Below, in pieces: positions 18,244-27,300 of a stretch of 35,227 nt of DNA; positions within the stretch are counted from its first letter, which is position 1, and the number at the start of each line of letters is the position of its first letter. The DNA lies in the NCBI GenBank assembly GCA_039796595.1, contig JBDKJN010000470.1:1-35227 (forward strand). The letters are read 5' to 3'. Both the position numbers and the translations under genes were made by a program. This DNA comes from Bacteroidota bacterium. GTDB taxonomy: Bacteria; Bacteroidota; Bacteroidia; Flavobacteriales_D; Sanyastnellaceae. The notes below the pieces were generated by a model that saw nothing but the letters and a program-made list of their open reading frames with translations, had not been told where the DNA came from and searched no databases.

Positions 18244-20679
18244 TTATCTTACGCGTTGTGATTCCGTATCCGAAGAACCGATACTGCGATTAGCCCTTGT
18301 TTCACCTTTTGTAAAGCGATAGTTTATGGCGATTTGGAACACCCGAGTATCGAGAACGCTATTCCAACCGGCTGTTGAGTCACCGATACCTTTGATGGTT
18401 CCGCCTGGCCTATTGGTGTAAAAAACATCATTCAGGCTGCATCGTATTGATCCTTGGTTTTTCCATATTTTCTTGCCAACAGCAATGCGCATGCTGCCGA
18501 CAGGTACCAGAACAAATTGACCGCTATACACTGATGTTTGATAATTGCCTGCAATTTCAGCACTCCATTTGTTGTTTAATGTGAATTGCATATTGGGTCC
18601 GACATACAAATAGCTTCCCGAGTTCTCCAACCGCTGACCATACAGATCGGAGTTAAAGGCATTCTGCATCCATTCCGCATAAAATTGAATCATCCACCAT
18701 TTCGTCATTTTTTTTGAACCATTGATGGAAAGGCCATAATACTCTGATGAACCGATATTGCCTGGTCTGCTGTAGAAAATAGGATTCACTTGTTCTATGG
18801 TCTCATTGATTTCATCTTCTCTGCGTCCGAAATACAAAGTGGCTGTCCAATTGTTATTTAGCGTGTAACTCATCTCAAGTTCATGACTAAACGATGGCCG
18901 TAAGAAAGGATTACCGGAATACAAAGTATAGGGGTCTAATGGATAGGTGAATGGATTTAAATCTTGGTAATTTGGTCGATTGATTCTTCGACCGTAGTTC
19001 AGACCTAGCACATGACGCCCTGCTGTGTCGACTTGGTAGGTGGCATATGCTGTAGGAAAAAGGCCATCGTATTCCAATTGAAACAATGAATCACGACTGC
19101 TTTGTAAACTGCTTTGTTTGCCATTGATACGTGTGCCTTCGTAACGCAGGCCGATTTGATACGACCAGCGACCTTTTTCTTTATTTAAACTGGTGTAAAC
19201 GGCATTGATGTTTTCTTTATAAGTATAGCTATTGGTGAACAAAGTGTTTGTCGTGCTGACATTATTATATACATCATAGAAATAGGCATCATTTACTGTG
19301 GTAACAAAGCTTGTTTTTGCTCCGTTTTCCCAGCGCCAGCCACTGGTATAAACTTTTGAGAAGTCGGCTTTAGCTGTCCATATGGTGATAGTGGAGGGTA
19401 AACGACTATCCAAAACAGTTGTGGTATCTTGATCTGAGTTTGAACCTTCAGACGAACTGGTTAATGTTTGATCCATTTCTGAATAGAACCGGGCATAATC
19501 TGTTCCAATGGAAAGGGTCGAACCTAAGGTGTCGGGACTCCATTGATAATTAAGACTAACCGTTGTGTTGTAGAAATCACGCACCGCAGGTGTTATCGAT
19601 GTGACTTGATTGACTGGCTGGCGCAGCGAATCACTCAAATTTGAAATGTTGCGTGTGTTTTCATCATTGTAGTTGTAGAATCCACTTAATGCAACTCCGA
19701 ATACCGATTGATCATTCGGGTAGAAGTCCATTCCCACCTTGCCATTGACACCGTGATTGGTTGTTCGAATCAAGGTATTCTGATCAAATGCATTTTGCAG
19801 TTGCCCTTCTGAAGTTAGGTAGCTTCGATTGATAGTTAAGTCATGAAAATTATTATTCGTTCCATGACTTAGTTGACCATACCAATTGTAACGGTCTACA
19901 CGTTTATTAATATTAAAACTGTTGTTGGATCGCATATAACGGCCTTGTCCATAACTTAAATTGAGTCCTCCATTGGTGCCGATAGTTTTTGATTTTTTAA
20001 GTTTGATCAAAATAATACCTGCTGAGCCGGCGGCATCATAGCGAGCAGGTGGGTTGGTCATTATGGTTATGGACTGAATGCTCGAAGCGGGTAGCGATTT
20101 TAGATAGCTGCCAAGTTCAGTAGCACTGAGGTAAGTTGGCCTGTCATCGATATAAACTGTGACACCACTTTGTCCACGCAATCGAATATTGCCATCGGAG
20201 TCGACCTGTATTCCTGGTGACTTTTCCAGTATTTCCAATGCGGTATTTCCCGCAGAAGACAATAAGGCATCAGGTTGAACAACATACCCTTCGGGCTTTC
20301 GCACAATAAAAGGAATTGAGCCGATGACTTGGACTTGTTGGAGTTCTGGTCCGGCGCTGGTCTGCAGATTAATGCTGTCAAAAGTATACTCGGGCTGAGA
20401 AATGACTTCACTGCAATAGATCTGATAACCCAGGTGTTGAACGGTCAAAAACCAAGGGCCTTCATCGTGTCGAGAGAACTCAAAATGTCCAGACTCATCG
20501 GTGAATGTCGTTTTGATTAAGGTGGTGTCAGCGGCAACAAATAAGCTTACGATTGCGCCGTCCGCTGGCCGATTCTGCAACTCGTGAACGGAACCCTGAA
20601 TGTTCGATTGTTGCGCACGAACAGTAAAACATAGGAACAATAGACCCACGGAGGTAATAATAAATTGCTTGGTCATCAT
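18244..20679 (-). CDS. TonB-dependent-receptor-like outer-membrane beta-barrel protein with N-terminal carboxypeptidase-regulatory-like domain
   Basis: Signal peptide MMTKQFIITSVGLLFLCFTVRAQ. The CarbopepD_reg-like region is IQGSV...DGAIVSL...TDESGHFEF...LTVQHLGYQ. The plug-like region is ALEILEKSPGIQVDSDGNIRLRGQSGVTVYIDDRP. A long Y/N/S/T-rich barrel ends in ...IAINYRF. Confidence 0.85.
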   Translation of the reverse strand: MMTKQFIITSVGLLFLCFTVRAQQSNIQGSVHELQNRPADGAIVSLFVAADTTLIKTTFTDESGHFEFSRHDEGPWFLTVQHLGYQIYCSEVISQPEYTFDSINLQTSAGPELQQVQVIGSIPFIVRKPEGYVVQPDALLSSAGNTALEILEKSPGIQVDSDGNIRLRGQSGVTVYIDDRPTYLSATELGSYLKSLPASSIQSITIMTNPPARYDAAGSAGIILIKLKKSKTIGTNGGLNLSYGQGRYMRSNNSFNINKRVDRYNWYGQLSHGTNNNFHDLTINRSYLTSEGQLQNAFDQNTLIRTTNHGVNGKVGMDFYPNDQSVFGVALSGFYNYNDENTRNISNLSDSLRQPVNQVTSITPAVRDFYNTTVSLNYQWSPDTLGSTLSIGTDYARFYSEMDQTLTSSSEGSNSDQDTTTVLDSRLPSTITIWTAKADFSKVYTSGWRWENGAKTSFVTTVNDAYFYDVYNNVSTTNTLFTNSYTYKENINAVYTSLNKEKGRWSYQIGLRYEGTRINGKQSSLQSSRDSLFQLEYDGLFPTAYATYQVDTAGRHVLGLNYGRRINRPNYQDLNPFTYPLDPYTLYSGNPFLRPSFSHELEMSYTLNNNWTATLYFGRREDEINETIEQVNPIFYSRPGNIGSSEYYGLSINGSKKMTKWWMIQFYAEWMQNAFNSDLYGQRLENSGSYLYVGPNMQFTLNNKWSAEIAGNYQTSVYSGQFVLVPVGSMRIAVGKKIWKNQGSIRCSLNDVFYTNRPGGTIKGIGDSTAGWNSVLDTRVFQIAINYRFTKGETRANRSIGSSDTESQRVR

Positions 20680-20832
20680 GGAAAAGGGGCAGCCTTTCGA
20701 GAGGATGCACTTCGAAAGTAGACGGAGCTCAAGCGCCAGAGTCTATTTTTTTGATGAATGGTCTATGAAGCTTTTAGGCTGATGAACGGCTAACGACAAG
20801 TCCCTAAAGATTAACTTTTTTTAATTAAAGCC

Positions 20833-21252
20833 TTAGTTGTAGCTGAATTGAATGGTTCTATTCAGACCATCATCTTCAATCGAAACTTCAATTGCATGGT
20901 CAATCAGCGGTCGTACGACTGCTGGCCATTCTATGAAGATATAGGCTTTGCGTTCCAGATAATCTTCGAACCCGATATCCAATGCTTGATGGGTATGTTC
21001 CAACCGATAGAGATCAAAATGAAATAATACCTGCCCATTGTCAGCATGGTATTCGTTGACCAATGAGAAAGTAGGACTTGACATATCATCCGCACCAATA
21101 TGCGAACAGATGGCTCTAATCAAAGTGGTTTTGCCGGCGCCCATTCCTCCTTCAAGTAGCACTGTAACAGGCTGAGGAAAGGTCTTGAAAAACCATTCCG
21201 CAATAGTTGCTAAATCTTCCGGAGTATGCGAAACAAAAGTCTGCGTCATCAC
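20833..21252 (-). CDS. tsaE: tRNA t6A37 threonylcarbamoyladenosine biosynthesis protein TsaE
   Basis: 139 aa with Walker A GGMGAGKTTLIRAI, SPTFSLVNEY and HFDLYRL, the canonical TsaE/YjeE motifs. Confidence 0.9.
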   Translation of the reverse strand: MMTQTFVSHTPEDLATIAEWFFKTFPQPVTVLLEGGMGAGKTTLIRAICSHIGADDMSSPTFSLVNEYHADNGQVLFHFDLYRLEHTHQALDIGFEDYLERKAYIFIEWPAVVRPLIDHAIEVSIEDDGLNRTIQFSYN

Positions 21253-22796
21253 TTTTTCTTTAACACAACAAATGGAATCAACACTTCTTCCATAGAAATG
21301 CCGCCATGTTGAAAGGTGTTTTGGTAGAAGTTGACGAATTGATTGTAGTTGTTTGGATAAACAAAGAAGTCGTCACTTTGTGCAAAGATAAAGGAGGTGC
21401 TAATGTTGGCTTTTGGTAGAAATGCATCAGACGGATTGCGCACTTCAAAAACTTCTTTTGGATTGTAATTGAGGTTTCGCCCTGCCTTATAACGCAGATT
21501 GGTATTGGTGTTGCGATCGCCCACAACTTTTACAGGATTTTTGACACGCATAGTTCCATGGTCAGTTGTAATCAACAAAACAGCATCTGTTTCGGCTACT
21601 TTTTTCAGGATATCAAGTAGAGGAGAGTGGTCAAACCAACTCGCCGTAATACTGCGATACGCCGCCTCGTCATCGGCCAATTCCTTGATGACTTCCATCT
21701 CGGTGCGTGCATGACTCAACATGTCCACGAAATTATAAACGATCACGTTCAATTTGTTTTGAAGGAGATTGCTGAAGTTGTCGTTCAACTTTCTACCGGC
21801 ATTTAGATTGGTGATTTTATTGTAGCTGAATTTGAAGTCTAATCCCATGCGTTTCAATTGAGCCGCTAGCAATTCTTCCTCATGCATATTCTTCCCGCCT
21901 TCGTCTTCTTCGTTGAGCCAAAGGTTTTTATGTAAACGTTCGATCTCACTCGGCATGAGTCCAGCAAACAGCGCATTACGCGCATAGTGGGTTGCTGTAG
22001 GTAGAATGGAATAGAACATTTCCTCAGCTTCGACCCGATAATATTCCTTCAATTTGGGTTGCAAAACTTTCCATTGGTCGAAACGCAAATTGTCGATTAC
22101 CACCATAAAAACCGATTGATCGTTCTGTTTTAGATAGGGCAAAACTTTTTGTTTGACAAGAGTATGCGACATCACAGGGCCGCTGCCGTTTTTGAGCCAA
22201 TCGATGTAGTTGTTTTTAATGAATTTGACAAACTGATCGTTGGCTTCTTGCGTCTGGCTTTCGAATATCTGAGCCATTCCTTCGTCTGTAGTAGCTTGCA
22301 ATTCAATACTCCAATGGACCATTTTTTTGTAGAATTCCATCCACTCCTGAGCGCCCATTTTGCTGCCCAATTGCATGGCGATTTCCCTGAACTCCTGACG
22401 ATAATCGCTATTGGTCTTTTCACTGATCAATCGTTTGTCGTCGAGGTTCTTTTTGATGCTCAACAAAATCTGATTGGGGTTGACCGGTTTGATCAAATAA
22501 TCCGAAATTTTGCTTCCAATGGCATCTTCCATAATATGCTCTTCCTCACTTTTGGTAATCATGATCACCGGTAGCGTGGGGTCAATTTCTTTGATTTTTT
22601 GCAAGGCGACTAGTCCGTTGAGTCCTGGCATGTTTTCATCAAGGAAAACGATGTCGAAATGCTGTGCCTTTACTTGATCTATGGCTTCAGCGCCGTTGTT
22701 GACGGTGGTGAGATGATATCCTTTTTTTTCAAGGAAAAGAATATGAGGTTTTAGAAGATCAATTTCGTCGTCGGCCCAGAGGATTTTTTCTTGCAT
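21249..22796 (-). CDS. porX: PorX-type response regulator (receiver domain fused to PglZ/alkaline-phosphatase-like domain)
   Basis: N-terminal CheY-like receiver (ILWADDEIDLL...FDIVFLDENMPGLNG...PVIMITKS) plus a C-terminal PglZ-like domain (TTDHGT...FQHGGIS). The 515-aa length and architecture match the T9SS regulator PorX. Confidence 0.85.
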   Translation of the reverse strand: MQEKILWADDEIDLLKPHILFLEKKGYHLTTVNNGAEAIDQVKAQHFDIVFLDENMPGLNGLVALQKIKEIDPTLPVIMITKSEEEHIMEDAIGSKISDYLIKPVNPNQILLSIKKNLDDKRLISEKTNSDYRQEFREIAMQLGSKMGAQEWMEFYKKMVHWSIELQATTDEGMAQIFESQTQEANDQFVKFIKNNYIDWLKNGSGPVMSHTLVKQKVLPYLKQNDQSVFMVVIDNLRFDQWKVLQPKLKEYYRVEAEEMFYSILPTATHYARNALFAGLMPSEIERLHKNLWLNEEDEGGKNMHEEELLAAQLKRMGLDFKFSYNKITNLNAGRKLNDNFSNLLQNKLNVIVYNFVDMLSHARTEMEVIKELADDEAAYRSITASWFDHSPLLDILKKVAETDAVLLITTDHGTMRVKNPVKVVGDRNTNTNLRYKAGRNLNYNPKEVFEVRNPSDAFLPKANISTSFIFAQSDDFFVYPNNYNQFVNFYQNTFQHGGISMEEVLIPFVVLKKK

Positions 22797-22821
22797 ATAT
22801 TGTTTGAGTTGTTAGCAGCCA

Positions 22822-22829
22822 CAAAGGTA
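22822..22829 (-). promoter_or_regulatory. Candidate -7 promoter box (TACCTTTG) for porX-tsaE
   Basis: Plus strand caaaggta is TACCTTTG on the minus strand, matching TAnnTTTG, 26 nt upstream of ATG 22796. No -33 TTTG was found. It could be a chance match. Confidence 0.3.
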
Positions 22830-23031
22830 AAGGAATATACTTTGCCGCATGGTGTGCCCTAGAACACCTTTTAGACGGAATTAGTATGCAATGGTTCAAA
22901 TAATCTTGATTTATCCTTCAGACCTCGGCGAAGTGAAGTAATTTGGTGCCCAATTCGATCCCTTTATAAGGCAATGAAACCGCACTTTTGTGCTTATTCA
23001 GACGGGATTGAGTTAGAAAGGCATTACGTTC

Positions 23032-24258
23032 ATGAGTCAAAACAAACGCAAAATCATCAATGACCCGGTTTATGGGTTTATTACTATTCGTCATCCATTT
23101 ATTCTTGACCTGATCGATCATCCTTGGTTTCAGCGATTGAGACGCATCGCTCAGCTGGGACTATCACATTTGGTTTATCCAGGGGCTATCCACAATCGTT
23201 TCCAGCATGCTATTGGTGCCATGCATCTGATGCAATTGGCAGTCGATGAACTTCGTCTTAAAAAACACGATATCACAGATGAAGAGGAGATAAGCCTCAT
23301 CGCGGCCGTCTTGCTGCATGATATCGGGCATGGTCCTTTTTCACATGCGCTGGAGTATTCCCTGATTAAAGGGGTGCATCATGAAGACATTTCGGAAATT
23401 CTCATGCGTGATTTGAATGCAGCCTTCAATGGACAGTTGAGCATGGCTATCGACATTTTTAATGACAAATACCCCAAACATTTTTTGCATCAATTGGTCA
23501 GCAGTCAGCTCGACATGGATCGGCTGGATTATTTGGCGCGTGACAGTTTTTTCAGTGGAGTAGTGGAAGGGCAGGTCGGTGCCGAACGTTTGATCAAAAT
23601 GTTGAATGTGGTCAATGATCAATTGGTTTTGGAGGAAAAGGGGATTTACAGCATCGAAAAATTCATTGTCGCTCGTCGTTTTATGTATTGGCAGGTGTAT
23701 CTGCACAAGACCGTATTGAGTGCCGAGTATATGTTGGTGCATGTACTTCGTCGTGCAGTTGAATTGGCCTTGCGAGGGGAGCAATTGTTCGCTACACCTG
23801 CATTGCATACTTTTTTGTACGGCAATTACGATAAAGCCAAATTCTTAGCAGACCCCTCAGCGTTGATGCATTACGCCGCGCTTGATGATTTTGATATTGC
23901 CACTAGTTTGAAAGTTTGGCAAACGCATCCAGATCGTGTATTGCAGATGTTGTCTTCGAGCATAGTCAATCGCAATTTGTACAAAATTGAATTGCAAGCA
24001 TCACCAATCTCTGAGGACTATATGAGCGACACGCGCAAACGCATGCAGCAGCAGTGGGCTCTAGAACCTGAGGAATTGGATTACTTTGTTTTCTCTGGCA
24101 AAGTGGATAATCGCGCATATAATCAACACAAGGAGGCCATCAATATTCTTCGAAAAGACGGAAGCATAGCCGAAGTGGCGGCCATCAGCGATCAATTGAA
24201 TTTGGCCGCATTGAGTAAAACGGTTGAAAAGTATTTTTTGGCTTATAAGAGTAGGTAA
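23032..24258 (+). CDS. HD-domain phosphohydrolase (COG1078, SAMHD1/dNTPase-like)
   Basis: INDPVYGFI...FQRLRRIAQLG...HNRFQHAIGAMHL...LLHDIGHGPFSH...DMDRLDYLARDSFFSGV is the classical HD-domain motif set of this family. Confidence 0.85.
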   Translation: MSQNKRKIINDPVYGFITIRHPFILDLIDHPWFQRLRRIAQLGLSHLVYPGAIHNRFQHAIGAMHLMQLAVDELRLKKHDITDEEEISLIAAVLLHDIGHGPFSHALEYSLIKGVHHEDISEILMRDLNAAFNGQLSMAIDIFNDKYPKHFLHQLVSSQLDMDRLDYLARDSFFSGVVEGQVGAERLIKMLNVVNDQLVLEEKGIYSIEKFIVARRFMYWQVYLHKTVLSAEYMLVHVLRRAVELALRGEQLFATPALHTFLYGNYDKAKFLADPSALMHYAALDDFDIATSLKVWQTHPDRVLQMLSSSIVNRNLYKIELQASPISEDYMSDTRKRMQQQWALEPEELDYFVFSGKVDNRAYNQHKEAINILRKDGSIAEVAAISDQLNLAALSKTVEKYFLAYKSR

Positions 24259-24331
24259 TTCAAGGATTTTGAATATATTAGCTAGAAATTGGCATTGCGC
24301 TAATTGCTAAACCCTGAATTAATCTAACCCT

Positions 24332-27300
24332 ATGTATCGATACCTTCTCGGATTTATCGTTGCATTGACTGTTTGGTGTTCACCGAACATAAATGCCCAA
24401 AGTTTGTGGCTGGAGCAAGAGGGTGGATTGTCTAATGATGAGGCTTTGGATATATCCAATAACGGTTCAAGCGAAGTACATATCGTCGGTTATGTAGGAT
24501 CTGGTGCGAGTATCGGCCCAGTTACAAGTCCGGGTTATGGCATCAGCGATATTTTTGTTAGTGAAAGAACGTCTAATGGTAGTTATTCATGGGTGCAATT
24601 TTTTGGTGGTAGCGGTCCTGATCGAGCCTTGGCTGTATGTTCGGATGCATTCGGAAATGTTTACGTCACTGGTTTTTTCACAGGCACAGCTCTTTTCGGG
24701 AGCGTGATGCTTACTTCACTGGCAGGATCTCAGGATATTTTTATTTGCAAGCTAAATTCGAGTGGTGTGGTACAATGGGCAGTGCGAGCTGGTGGAGATG
24801 AAGATGATATTGGCTATGGTCTCGATGTCGACAATACTGGGAATGTCTATGTGGTTGGGCAATTTTCGGGCACGGGGACTTTTGGTTCGTTCCCGGTTAC
24901 AAGCGCAAATTATCCTGATAATTCAGGGCCTTCACAAGACATCTTTGTGTGCAAATTGAATAGCAATGGAGGGTTTGTTTGGGTTAAAACGGGCGAAGCT
25001 TCAGATGACGATAGAGCATTGGATATTTCGGTAACGACGGATAATAAACTCTATGTCTGCGGATACTTTACGAATGATCTGCAAATGGATCAACTCTACA
25101 CGAACAGTGTGGATAATATTGGTTTCGTTTTGCAATTGGACGCTTTGGGCAATGAGTTAAACATGACGTATTATACCTCTGTTTTTCTCAAATTAGAAGA
25201 TATTGAAAGCGCGGCTGATGGATCCTATTTCTTGGCGGGCTCATATCAGGGACAGATGATTGCGCCTGCATCTTTTAATGCTTTATACACATCGTTGTAT
25301 GCCAATAGCATATTTATTTTAAGAGCTCAACCCGACGGAACTATTCTGTGGTTTGAAGATATCAGTTCAGAAAACGATTTGACATGCAAAGCAATGGATC
25401 TGGATGCAGACGGATATGCTTATATCAATGCGGTTTTTTCTTGCGATTTAACGGAACTCAATCTGGAATACGGTGGCAGCTTATTGTATAGTGCAGGATA
25501 CGATGATGTGCTGGTGGCGAAATATTCTCCGACTGGAAATAGAGAATGGGTGGCACAATACGGAGGGCCAGGGGAAGCACAATCGCAGGGGATAGCTGTT
25601 CTGGCACCTGATTTTCCGGTCATTACTGGCGGGTTTTCTGGGAGGTTTTGTGTCCCTGACGCGCCTGGAACGTGGTCTCCCGGAGTAACTGATACGGGTA
25701 GTAATCAATTTGTCGACAACTTCAGCTTATTTGCTTGCGATGGTTGGCAAGGAGATTACAGAATGGTGAATAGTGCTGGCAATCGTGATATTTTTATAAC
25801 ATGCCCATTTAGTATCAATGCGCCTTTGTACAATTTCCAAGATCAGGTACCAAATGGTTCTTGTAATCAGGAAATACCTCTTATCTGTTTTGAGCAATGT
25901 CTTGATACGATCTATATGTGTGTGCCTTCGGGTGCAGGAATTCCGACATTAACACTTGAATATTATACAGAAGAACTTGATTTATATGGTCCATTGTATG
26001 ACTTTGATTTTTCATCCAATGTGACCAGTTATTATCTCGATAATGAAGGTTTTTGGAATGTATACATCTCTGGAACGGGTTGGTATGTGGTTACTGCAAC
26101 TCGTCAAGACGGGTGCGGCGAGCCACTCGTTGATTCTATTTATGTTGAGATTCAGTTTATGCCTCCTGCTCCGTTTTTTGAAAGCCAAATGTCAACGTTC
26201 CAACCAGGAAGTATTGATGAGATCTTTCTGGACCTCTGCATGGAGCAAGATGTAGTTGATGCTATTATTTCTTCGAGTTATAGCGATGCATACTGGACTT
26301 TCAATGGTGATACCATTTATGACAATCCAATCGTAATTGATACTTCTGGGGTATATAATTTTTACGCGATTTTTACAGAAGAGTGTTCAGCACATGCCTT
26401 TTTCGATTACGAATTTCATGATGAGGTTCCACCTGAGGCTCAGGATGCGGAACTAATATTGCAAGTATTTGGAGAAGAATTTATCGGTGATTCCATTTGG
26501 ATTTGCCCGAATGAGGAGATTATTTTCTCATATGATTTTAATACTTTGATTTCAAGCTCCATTACGGATGACCTAAATATGTATTGGCTGATGGATGGCC
26601 AATCCCTAGACTCCTTATCTGGTCAGTTTTCATCTAATTTAAGCAATTTGACTGAAGGATGGCATACCCTTGAAGTTTGGGTGAATTACGAAAACAATGG
26701 ATGTGATTATATCTCAATCCAAAGAGATTTTTATGTTGTCGAATATGAATCTGTTTCACCTTGGATAATTGAGCCGGCTGATTTCTTTATTTGCCCTGGA
26801 GAGGTCGTTGAGGTGGATTGGTCATATGGACCAGAAGGTGTTGAAGTAACATACATATCAAACGCAATAGTAGTTGATGATAATACAATCAGTATTTCGG
26901 AACCTGATGTCATAGGGCTGCACGTCGCTATTACTACAGAAGATGGATGTTCATTTCAATCTTCTGCTGCCATAGTCGTTGAATACTTCCCTATTCCTGT
27001 TGCCACTTCAGATCCGGAAAACGCCGTGATATGCCCCGGCGATCAGGTTAGTCTGTCGGTAACACCGGGCGCATCTTATATGTGGATTGGACCTGAAGGC
27101 AGCGTCGCATCTACCGAACAAATTTATTCCCCTTCTGTTCCTGGTGAATATTTTTGTATCATGACCAATGAAGATGGCTGTCCATTGGAATCAAACTTTA
27201 TCGATGTTTCGGAATATTCAACCCCGTATTTGGCTTCATCGCCATGGACCTATTTCTGTATTCAAGATACCATCTTTTTAGATGTTATTACCAACGAACA

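Noticed and set aside
20693-20719. Hairpin CTTTCGA...TCGAAAG in the leader of the TonB-receptor-like gene, considered as a riboswitch
   Set aside because: No TPP or cobalamin riboswitch core sequences are present in the 153-nt leader, only a single 7-bp stem.
21249-22796. The PglZ domain as a hallmark of a BREX-type phage-defence system
   Set aside because: The PglZ-like domain is fused to a CheY receiver in a ~515-aa protein, which is the PorX architecture. No methyltransferase, BrxC-like ATPase or other BREX component is nearby.
23032-24258. The HD-domain dNTPase-like protein as an anti-phage dNTP-depletion gene
   Set aside because: It has the standard COG1078 motif set and stands alone among housekeeping genes. 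No partner genes or mobile-element context support a defence role.
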